Positions 36,291 to 43,689 of a DNA stretch of 43,689 nucleotides are shown here, one piece after another. The translations under genes were made by a program, and so were the position numbers. The notes under the pieces were generated by a model. It did not search any database, was not told where the DNA came from, and was given only the letters and a program-made list of their open reading frames with translations. How positions within the stretch are numbered: position 1 is the first letter of the stretch; every line of letters begins with the position of its first letter. This stretch comes from Bdellovibrionota bacterium (GTDB lineage: Bacteria; Bdellovibrionota; Bdellovibrionia; Bdellovibrionales; JAEYZS01). The DNA lies in the NCBI GenBank assembly GCA_963169515.1, contig CAUJEF010000039.1, positions 1 through 43,689 on the forward strand, written 5' to 3'.

Positions 36291-37322
36291 TTAAATTACC
36301 TGCTCGATGCTTTCTATGCCACCAATATTAACTGCAATCTTGAAGAATTTAGCAGTAACTTCGCCAGGTTGTCTCCTAAAAAAGATTTTTGTATCGCTTT
36401 TCGAAAGAGAAATGTTTGCGTATGCGTATAGCTCTTGCGGCTCTGACCTGATTACTTTTTGCAGGTTGAATTTCAACACCTCTTTTATTCCGCATGGATA
36501 ATCATTTTTTAAGTAAGACCTTAGATTAAATTTTCTTCTGAAATAGACAACGTCATGCTTTGCTCCATAACCATGGATTGCTCTGGCGACTCGTCCCGGT
36601 AACTGGCCTACGTCAATCACCCGAAACCAATCATGAAAAGTCCCAAATTCTCGATTCCTTTCGTTAAGAATGCGTATACGGTCAGGACCGAAGCGTCTGG
36701 CAAATTTAGTAATAAACGTAACAGGACCGTGAGGCAATTTGTTATATACATCCACTGGAATCTCTGCCTGCCTTTGAACAAAGTCTTTTTCTTGTTGCTC
36801 ACCCATACCTTTTGTTGCCACCATTTGAGCAAGATGTTGATCCAGCTCTTTAATACCAGGTAACTTTAGGGCGCCGTCTCTTCGAATAATGTTCTGGGCC
36901 AGCTGAACGACTAAATCCATCTCTGCAAGCCTTTGATTGGGCAAAGAAAAGTATTCTTCAAAAAGAGCGGCTAAATGACGGGCCTGGGTAAGCACTTCGT
37001 TTTTTATTTCGATCAACGGGTGCCCCTTTAAAATATGTATTTGAATTTCATCTATAAGTCGTTGCAACAGCGAAATCTCATAAACTACATTTGATAAATT
37101 AACTTCATCTGCGGCCACAGTTGGCAGGCTGATTCGACATGAAAAATCAGAAAAAATTTCATTTTTTGTCCATGATTTAATTTTTAGATCGGTCGGAACA
37201 AATAAAAAGAGTTCCATATTTCCAGATATTTCGGAATTACTATACGATAACGATGACCTCAGCTCAAGCGTTGTCGGCTGCCGATTATCACTTTGAGCAT
37301 TAAATAAGAGATCCAAATCCAT
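36291..37322 (-). CDS. Hypothetical protein
   Basis: 343-aa ORF with GGGGG upstream of the ATG. Co-oriented with and close to the RNase H-GNAT gene. No motif I can assign. Confidence 0.65.
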   Translation of the reverse strand: MDLDLLFNAQSDNRQPTTLELRSSLSYSNSEISGNMELFLFVPTDLKIKSWTKNEIFSDFSCRISLPTVAADEVNLSNVVYEISLLQRLIDEIQIHILKGHPLIEIKNEVLTQARHLAALFEEYFSLPNQRLAEMDLVVQLAQNIIRRDGALKLPGIKELDQHLAQMVATKGMGEQQEKDFVQRQAEIPVDVYNKLPHGPVTFITKFARRFGPDRIRILNERNREFGTFHDWFRVIDVGQLPGRVARAIHGYGAKHDVVYFRRKFNLRSYLKNDYPCGIKEVLKFNLQKVIRSEPQELYAYANISLSKSDTKIFFRRQPGEVTAKFFKIAVNIGGIESIEQVI

Positions 37323-37445
37323 TTGACCCCCAAATTAAAATTCTAGCGTCGTCACAGCAGTGAATCAATTGACTAAAACCATAACGCTCCGTAGAAGCTG
37401 TGTCCCTAATTTGCACTATTGGAAAATTTGAATAACTATTTTTAA

Positions 37446-38996
37446 ATGGAAAAGCTCACCACAGAACAACAAGAATACTTGCGCCGCCAGGATGGCTTCC
37501 TGAACCTTGTTTTTATGGTTGATACCAACGGTGAAGCTATATATTACAGTCGAGCTTTCGAAAAATACACAGGCGTTCCGCTTCATAAGGATCTGCGATT
37601 TTCTTGGCAAAATGTTTGCCATCCTGATGATCTCGAGGCCATTTCAATTGAATTTTTTAATGCCTTTTATGCAAAGGTGCAATTTTGTTCCCAATATCGT
37701 CTTAGAAAGTTTGATGGGTCTTACAATGTCGTGTTTGTCTTTGGTGAACCCTTTTATTCCATAGATGGTAAATTTCTTGGCTACGTTGGTACCAGCGCCG
37801 AAATGTCTGAACTAAATGGTCTAAAGGTAAATCTAGAAAGCGAAAAATCTAGGCTTGAAGCCATTCTAAAAAATTCACCTGACCACATAATGCAAATCAA
37901 TCACTCTGGTCAGATCATTTCTGTTAATAAACTGCATAGCTTATCCTTTATAGAAGACCTTCTTGGACAAAATATAAATGACAAAACAAATAACCCAATC
38001 GCGTTGCTTTTTCAAAGTCTCACAACTCAAGCACAGAGTTCTTATACAACTCTCGAGGTTTGTTTTATCCACAAGGTCTCTGACAGAAATAGGTATTTTC
38101 ACTGTCGGGTGGCTCCATTCAGGTTTGGGCCAGATCAGAGTATTCTTGTATCTACAACCGACATAACAGAAAGAGTTATTCAAAGTCTTCTTGAAAAAGA
38201 AAACAGGGCCTACGTGGAAGATCAAAAATATAAATTGGCGCACAAATCACAATTGGCATCGCTCGGGGAACTTTCCACGTCATTAGCTCACGAGCTTGTA
38301 AACCCACTAACTATTTTTAGTGGGCATATCGAACAATTGAAAGCCAAGATCCAAAGCAATACTTACTGCAATAAAGATTACATGAATCATATCAGAGCGC
38401 TTGAACGAAACCTGGAAAGGCTTATAAAAATATCAAAGGGTCTTTCTCATTTTGCGCGTGATGTTTCGAACGATCCTTTGGCGCTTGTTTCTGTCAACCA
38501 AATATTATGGGAGACCCTCGAGTTCATGGGTATGAAAATAAGAAAACATGATATTTCTTTAGTGGTCGGCACATTTGACGATATCAAAATCGAGTGCCAA
38601 GACGTTAAGATTTCTCAAGTTTTGGTAAACCTTATTACAAACGCCGTACAGGCCATCTCTGATCTGCCGGAGAAGTGGATCAAAATTGATGTGAGGGATC
38701 TCGGAGAAACTATTCAAATTTCTGTCAAAGACTCCGGCCTGGGCATCCCTGCGGATAAGCAACGCCTCATCTTTTCTCCTTTCTTTACTTCAAAACCATC
38801 ACGCGTTGGCACGGGACTCGGCCTTTCTATATCACAAAAAATATTGATGAGCCATCATGGGCGCCTAAGACTGGATACCGAAACAATAAACACTTGCTTC
38901 CTTATGGAGCTGCCGAAAAAACAACCTATCGCCGGTTCAAGCTCTGTCCCACATTTTTCAAATCGTAAAAACTATTTTCAAGAAATACCGATCTGA
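37446..38996 (+). CDS. Cytoplasmic PAS-PAS sensor histidine kinase
   Basis: PAS/PAC (CHPDD, YRLRKFDG), H-box LAHELVNPL, N-box NLITNA, DSGLGI, FSPFFTSK and GTGLGL. No TM segment. Confidence 0.92.
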   Translation: MEKLTTEQQEYLRRQDGFLNLVFMVDTNGEAIYYSRAFEKYTGVPLHKDLRFSWQNVCHPDDLEAISIEFFNAFYAKVQFCSQYRLRKFDGSYNVVFVFGEPFYSIDGKFLGYVGTSAEMSELNGLKVNLESEKSRLEAILKNSPDHIMQINHSGQIISVNKLHSLSFIEDLLGQNINDKTNNPIALLFQSLTTQAQSSYTTLEVCFIHKVSDRNRYFHCRVAPFRFGPDQSILVSTTDITERVIQSLLEKENRAYVEDQKYKLAHKSQLASLGELSTSLAHELVNPLTIFSGHIEQLKAKIQSNTYCNKDYMNHIRALERNLERLIKISKGLSHFARDVSNDPLALVSVNQILWETLEFMGMKIRKHDISLVVGTFDDIKIECQDVKISQVLVNLITNAVQAISDLPEKWIKIDVRDLGETIQISVKDSGLGIPADKQRLIFSPFFTSKPSRVGTGLGLSISQKILMSHHGRLRLDTETINTCFLMELPKKQPIAGSSSVPHFSNRKNYFQEIPI

Positions 38997-39574
38997 CGGC
39001 CAATTTGTTCTCGAAGATCCCTGCGCGTGTATACATTGAACTGCCTTAACAATTGGCTGACATGATACTTGACGGCCTGTTCGGTAACTCCCACTGAGCT
39101 TGAAATTTCTTTGTTTGATTTTCCCATAAGAAGATTTTCAACAACAGAGATTTGTCGAGTCGTCAAATTTAGATGCTTAAGGTTTTCTAAATGGGTGTTA
39201 AATCTGTTTGAAATTATTTTTTCAATAGATCGCGCCACATCAGCACGCGTAAATGGCTTTTCTATAACATCAGTAAGGCCCAACTTCACCGCACGAACCA
39301 TATGATGAATCTCCAACGCGCCCGATACAATAATGAACGGGCTGGTTGGTGAAATTTTCCTAATACTTTCAAAAAGGTCTATTCCAGTTAATCCTGGCAT
39401 CCGAACGTCACTAATAACCAGATCAAATCCCGTTTTTAAGAAAAGGTCGAGCGCTGCGCCCGCATCATGCGCACGAGAAAAGCTTTCAACGTATGGAGAT
39501 GCCGCGGATTCAATCAAGTCAATAATTTCAGGTTCGTCATCAACGATGAGTGCGGATTTTAGACTTTTTTCCAT
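38978..39574 (-). CDS. Response regulator, receiver plus LuxR-type HTH (FixJ/NarL-like)
   Basis: LIVDDE, ISDVRMP, SG and KPF receiver motifs. HTH region LTTRQ...GKSNKEIS...VKYHVS. ATG at 39574 preferred. Confidence 0.9.
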   Translation of the reverse strand: MEKSLKSALIVDDEPEIIDLIESAASPYVESFSRAHDAGAALDLFLKTGFDLVISDVRMPGLTGIDLFESIRKISPTSPFIIVSGALEIHHMVRAVKLGLTDVIEKPFTRADVARSIEKIISNRFNTHLENLKHLNLTTRQISVVENLLMGKSNKEISSSVGVTEQAVKYHVSQLLRQFNVYTRRDLREQIGRQIGIS

Positions 39575-39785
39575 TCCAAATTTTACGGTTAATGTTTTCT
39601 GAGAGCAAGTTCCGAATTTGCCCATCAATTCGTCTCACCTTTGCTTTAATGCGCTGAGACCCGTTCATATAAATCAAGGCTTTCAATTCCCCACGGATAT
39701 TGTTAAGTGACGTATAGAACTCCCCGACCCTTGCGAGCGCTTTTATTTCACTTATTTTGGCTGCCAAACCTTTTTGTGCCACCAA
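39540..39785 (-). CDS. Possible small basic hypothetical protein
   Basis: GGAGG lies immediately upstream of TTG/GTG. The ORF fills the gap before the regulator gene with a short overlap. No motif. Confidence 0.35.
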   Translation of the reverse strand: MVAQKGLAAKISEIKALARVGEFYTSLNNIRGELKALIYMNGSQRIKAKVRRIDGQIRNLLSENINRKIWNGKKSKIRTHR

Positions 39786-39928
39786 GCCTCCATGATCATC
39801 TTATCCCTAAACGATGAACCGCGTGGTATAAATTTGGTATAGGATTTCATTTTCAAAGTGGCATTTTGGGGATCTATCTAGGCACGCTTAAAATATTTTT
39901 TAATTTAAGGATGTTATTCAAAATAAAT

Positions 39929-40005
39929 TGGTAGGCCGTCCAGGACTTGAACCTGGGATCCTCCGGTTATGAGCCGGATGCTTTAACCAACTAAGCTAAC
40001 GGCCC
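39929..40005 (-). tRNA. tRNA with CAT anticodon, most likely tRNA-Ile2 (lysidine-modified)
   Basis: GGGCCGTTAGCTTAGTTGGTTAAAGCATCCGGCTCATAACCGGAGGATCCCAGGTTCAAGTCCTGGACGGCCTACCA folds into a full cloverleaf with encoded CCA. It lacks initiator features and lies 5 nt after the rpoD stop. Confidence 0.9.
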
Positions 40006-40010
40006 CTAGA

Positions 40011-41852
40011 TTAGTCGATAAACGACTTTAATCGTTTAGAACGACTTGGATGTCTAAGTTTACGAAGTGCCTTTGCCTCAATCTGACGAATTCTCTCTCG
40101 AGTCACGTTGAAATCTTGACCCACTTCCTCAAGGGTGTGGTCGCTTTCCTCGCCAATACCGAACCTCATGCGAAGAACTTTTTCTTCGCGCGGGGTTAGC
40201 GTCGCAAGCACTCTTCTCGTTTGTTCAGCCAAATTTAAGTTAATAATCGCTTCCGCAGGATTTATAACTTTTTTATCTTCTATGAAATCACCCAAGTGCG
40301 AATCTTCTTCCTCGCCCACTGGGGTTTCTAAAGAAATTGGTTCTTTTGCAATTTTCAGTACCTTGCGAACTTTTTCTACGGGCATTTCCATTTTATCGGC
40401 AATCTCTTCGGGGGTTGGCTCGCGCCCAAGCTCTTGCACCAAATATCTAGAAGTACGTACCAGCTTATTGATGGTTTCTATCATGTGAACGGGAATACGA
40501 ATCGTTCTTGCTTGGTCGGCAATCGCACGCGTTATTGCCTGGCGGATCCACCACGTTGCATAGGTTGAAAACTTATAACCACGGCGGTATTCGAATTTAT
40601 CAACGGCTTTCATCAGGCCGATGTTTCCCTCTTGAATTAAATCCAAAAACTGCAATCCACGGTTTGTATATTTTTTGGCAATCGAAACCACAAGTCTTAA
40701 ATTCGCCTCAACCAGCTCTGACTTTGCCTTGTCGGCCTCTCTTTCGCCCTTCCAAATTTCAGTATACGTGTCTTGCAACCATTTCGGATTCATTTCCGTT
40801 TCGGCCAGCAGACGTTCTAAACGACGTTTAGAATCAAACGCTTGGATACAGTATGTGCGAAGGGCATCGTAGCTTAAGCCTGTTTCTTTCAATAACTTAG
40901 TCAATTCTTGATCGCTCTTTTGAATCAACTCATACCGAGCAATAAGTGTATCAACGTCCTTAGAGAAAGTTCTTTCAACCGCCACCTTCATTCGTTTTCT
41001 TAAGATGTAAATCCGGTTTGTGATATTTCTAAATTTAATTACAATTCGATTTATAATTTTTCTGTTAAAACTGATCTCTTCAAAGTTTGTCATCAGCTTT
41101 TCGTTTAGCTTTAACATATCAGCTTTAATTTTATCGCCGTCGGCCTGCAGTGCGCTTTCGTTTCTCATAAGCACAAATGTTGGAGCGACTTTCTTTTGAT
41201 ACTTTTTAACTTCATCAATCAAAGAATGAATTTTATCAATATATTCTTTTTCATCATATTGTGTGTCTTCGTCCTCAAGGCCGCGAAAAATAGATTTTAC
41301 TTTGATTCTTCCGCTATCAAGATATTTCCCTAACAAAATAATTTCATTTGTTCCTATCGGCGATAGCAGAATTGCCCGAACGATTTTTCGCTCGCCTTGC
41401 TCAATACGCTGAGCAATTTCAACTTCCCCCTCGCGGGTAAGAAGTGACACGGACCCCATTTTTCTTAAATATAGACGGACAGGATCATTTCCCTTGGCTT
41501 CTCCCTCGCTGGCGGCCTCTTCTTCCTCTTCGTCGTCATCCTCACTTTCGCCTTTGGATGCGTCGAGCATGAACCCTTCGCCGTCTTTATCTTTGTTACC
41601 AGAAGCCTCTATAATTTTTACACCGTGAACGTCCAAGGCGCCCATCAATTCATCAAGCGCGCTTGCCTCAAGAATTTCAGGCGCTAAAAGTTCGTTGATT
41701 TCTTCAAATGTCAGATATTCTTTTTGTTTTGCTAGGGCGATAAAGCGTTGGATTTCTTCTTGAACTAGCGATTTTTGCTGTTCCAAAGATAAAACTCTCA
41801 ACTCGGCTTTTACTTCATTTTTTTCATCGTTTTTTGTCATAACTTTAGTCAT
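40011..41852 (-). CDS. rpoD: RNA polymerase primary sigma factor
   Basis: Region 1.1, [33 protein letters not shown] and the region 4 [12 protein letters not shown]. Confidence 0.97.
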   Translation of the reverse strand: MTKVMTKNDEKNEVKAELRVLSLEQQKSLVQEEIQRFIALAKQKEYLTFEEINELLAPEILEASALDELMGALDVHGVKIIEASGNKDKDGEGFMLDASKGESEDDDEEEEEAASEGEAKGNDPVRLYLRKMGSVSLLTREGEVEIAQRIEQGERKIVRAILLSPIGTNEIILLGKYLDSGRIKVKSIFRGLEDEDTQYDEKEYIDKIHSLIDEVKKYQKKVAPTFVLMRNESALQADGDKIKADMLKLNEKLMTNFEEISFNRKIINRIVIKFRNITNRIYILRKRMKVAVERTFSKDVDTLIARYELIQKSDQELTKLLKETGLSYDALRTYCIQAFDSKRRLERLLAETEMNPKWLQDTYTEIWKGEREADKAKSELVEANLRLVVSIAKKYTNRGLQFLDLIQEGNIGLMKAVDKFEYRRGYKFSTYATWWIRQAITRAIADQARTIRIPVHMIETINKLVRTSRYLVQELGREPTPEEIADKMEMPVEKVRKVLKIAKEPISLETPVGEEEDSHLGDFIEDKKVINPAEAIINLNLAEQTRRVLATLTPREEKVLRMRFGIGEESDHTLEEVGQDFNVTRERIRQIEAKALRKLRHPSRSKRLKSFID

Positions 41853-41868
41853 TCTCCGCCTAAAAACG

Positions 41869-43653
41869 TCACTTGTTTTTTTCCGATAAGGCTTTACGGT
41901 CCTTAATCACATTCATAAACTGTTCCAACTTTTGGGGGTCATCATCCACCTTGATTTCTGTCAATAATTGGGCCGCTTTCAATTTTAATGCCCGATCCCT
42001 AACTCGTTGGAAACAGTCGCTTTTCAATTTTTGTTTGTCTATCCCCTGAAAATACCCCTGGTCCAGGTAGCCCGTTACCACCCCAGCGTCCTCCACCTTC
42101 GAACAAAGAATGCTGGTCAGCTTATCAAAAAATGTCCCTTTGTGTCTATATTCATGCAACATTATTTCAAACAGTTTCTTTATGCCTGGCGCGGTGAAGT
42201 TCTCTAGGATTCCCGACTCACATATTTCATCAAAAATAGTTTTATCTTCTAAGGCGAGATTTAAGAGTATTAGCTCTTCTTTAAATGGGTTTAAAATCTT
42301 AATCAACTTTTCATCTTCTTTTTCTGAAGTTTTGCGCTCGTCTGGCACAATTTTTGATTGAGAATTTCTTCGCAGTTTAATTGATTTTATAACCCACTGC
42401 GGGGTAGCACTAATACGATTCGCAAATTCATTTATGTAGAGTTCCTTTAGACTTTCGCTCTGAACAGAATTTAAAACTGCTGCAAACTCTCGAGTTATTT
42501 TTTCTTTGTGAGCCTCTGTCGCATTAAAATCTTTCATTTTTTTCAAAAGAACCAGCCAGATTAGTTCGGGGGCTCTATCAATCAATTTTTTAAAATTTTC
42601 CACCCCTTTTGTTTGAACGTATTCATCTGGGTCAAGCTCTTCTGGAAGCGTTACGCCCTTTGGAAGCAAGCCCTCTAAAAGCAAAACAGAAAGGCTTCGC
42701 TCTTGCGCCTCTTGCCCGGCCTGATCGCCGTCAAACAACACAACAACATTGGTTGTGTATCGCTTCAATAATTTTGCGTGCTCCGCAGTGAGCGCCGTAC
42801 CCAATGTCGCAACCACGTTTCGGATGCCCGCTTGGTATAAAGCCAAAAGATCCATATACCCTTCGACAACTAAAACTTGATCCTCGGTTCTTATATGCTT
42901 TGTCGTTTCAAAAATCCCGTATAAGGTCCTGCCTTTACGAAACACGGGAGAGTCCGAACTGTTAAGGTATTTCGGCTGACCTTCGTTCACTACGCGCCCC
43001 CCGAAACCAACGACATCGCCTGTTACAGACAGAATAGGGAACATAATGCGACCCCGGTATATGTCAAAATATCCCGTTTTATTTGGCCGCTTCTTGATTA
43101 GTCCCAGCTTTTCAGCCTCGCTCATTGGGGCTTTTACGGACTCAAAATGATTTGACAGCTCTGACCACTCCGCAGGCGCATAGCCGATTTTAAATGTTTC
43201 AATGGTCTCGGCATTTAAGCCTCGTTCTTTTAAATACCTTTTTGCCGCATGTGATTCCGGCAACTGCTGAAATGTTTTTTTATAAAAGCTTCCGGCTCGA
43301 AGATTTAATTTAAACAGGGGGTTTTTATCGATTTCATGCTTTGGCCTGTCGTCAATTTCAGGCAATGGAATTGCCGCTTTTTTCGCAAGATACTCCACCG
43401 CCTCACCAAAGCTCATCGCGCTGTAATTGGTTAAGAAGTTAAAAATATTGCCGCTCTTTTTACATCCAAAACAATGATATACTTGCTTGCTTTCGCTAAC
43501 AGAAAAACTTGCAGTCTTTTCTGCGTGATCTGGAAACGGGCATCGAGCCATCAGATTATGGCCCATCCTTTTAAATTCTGTATACTGTGAAATGACGTCG
43601 ACAATATTATTCGCGTCCCTCACACGATCTATAAAATCAGGCGAGTATCTCAA
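41869..43653 (-). CDS. dnaG: DNA primase
   Basis: Zinc-binding domain (CPFPDH...CFGC), GFGGR, KYLNS, TOPRIM EGYMD/FDGD and DPD. TTG start with GAGG. Confidence 0.97.
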   Translation of the reverse strand: MRYSPDFIDRVRDANNIVDVISQYTEFKRMGHNLMARCPFPDHAEKTASFSVSESKQVYHCFGCKKSGNIFNFLTNYSAMSFGEAVEYLAKKAAIPLPEIDDRPKHEIDKNPLFKLNLRAGSFYKKTFQQLPESHAAKRYLKERGLNAETIETFKIGYAPAEWSELSNHFESVKAPMSEAEKLGLIKKRPNKTGYFDIYRGRIMFPILSVTGDVVGFGGRVVNEGQPKYLNSSDSPVFRKGRTLYGIFETTKHIRTEDQVLVVEGYMDLLALYQAGIRNVVATLGTALTAEHAKLLKRYTTNVVVLFDGDQAGQEAQERSLSVLLLEGLLPKGVTLPEELDPDEYVQTKGVENFKKLIDRAPELIWLVLLKKMKDFNATEAHKEKITREFAAVLNSVQSESLKELYINEFANRISATPQWVIKSIKLRRNSQSKIVPDERKTSEKEDEKLIKILNPFKEELILLNLALEDKTIFDEICESGILENFTAPGIKKLFEIMLHEYRHKGTFFDKLTSILCSKVEDAGVVTGYLDQGYFQGIDKQKLKSDCFQRVRDRALKLKAAQLLTEIKVDDDPQKLEQFMNVIKDRKALSEKNK

Positions 43654-43689
43654 ATTAACCTCATCTTAAGAAACAATGAGCGATGAAAA

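Noticed and set aside
36291..40005. Active integrative element or prophage at the tRNA
   Set aside because: No integrase, transposase or phage gene, and I saw no duplicated tRNA 3' end (att site).
39929..40005. Assignment as initiator tRNA-fMet
   Set aside because: It has no C1:A72 mismatch and no GGG/CCC run in the anticodon stem. The acceptor stem and position after rpoD favour Ile2, although elongator Met is not fully excluded.
1..43689. CRISPR arrays, rRNA, IS elements, defence or toxin-antitoxin cassettes, and the remaining short antisense ORFs in the track
   Set aside because: No regularly spaced repeats, terminal inverted repeats or recognisable proteins of these classes were seen. 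The short ORFs lie within confidently assigned genes and show no motifs.

Overview
Gene-dense bacterial chromosomal segment, mostly housekeeping. It is probably from a Bdellovibrionota-type predator. That is an inference from receiver-PilZ proteins, tandem small outer-membrane barrels, secreted peptidoglycan hydrolases, a long RpoD non-conserved region and the dnaG-rpoD-tRNA(CAT)...RNase HI-rnpB layout. It holds about 40 CDSs: TolB-like (partial), DEAD-box helicase, pcnB, an SLT lipoprotein, tatA, split transketolase, add, two OM barrels, doxX-thiBPQ, mpaA, nth with a ferredoxin, citrate synthase, a leucine-catabolism (liu) operon, RluA, a PAS kinase/LuxR-type regulator pair, rpoD and dnaG. 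It also holds the RNase P RNA gene and a tRNA with CAT anticodon (probably Ile2). I found no transposase, integrase, prophage or CRISPR array, and no unmistakable multi-gene novel system. The best leads are: (1) an intact RNase HI fused in frame to a GNAT acetyltransferase just upstream of rnpB; (2) an unannotated 29-aa hydrophobic ORF behind a sigma28-like promoter between those two genes; (3) a degenerate CinA/PncC-like plus nucleotidyltransferase-like protein; (4) a PP2C/SpoIIE protein lacking most metal-binding aspartates; (5) two pseudo-receiver-PilZ proteins; and (6) a riboswitch-less doxX-thiBPQ operon. All family assignments come from motif recognition by eye; no database searches were run.
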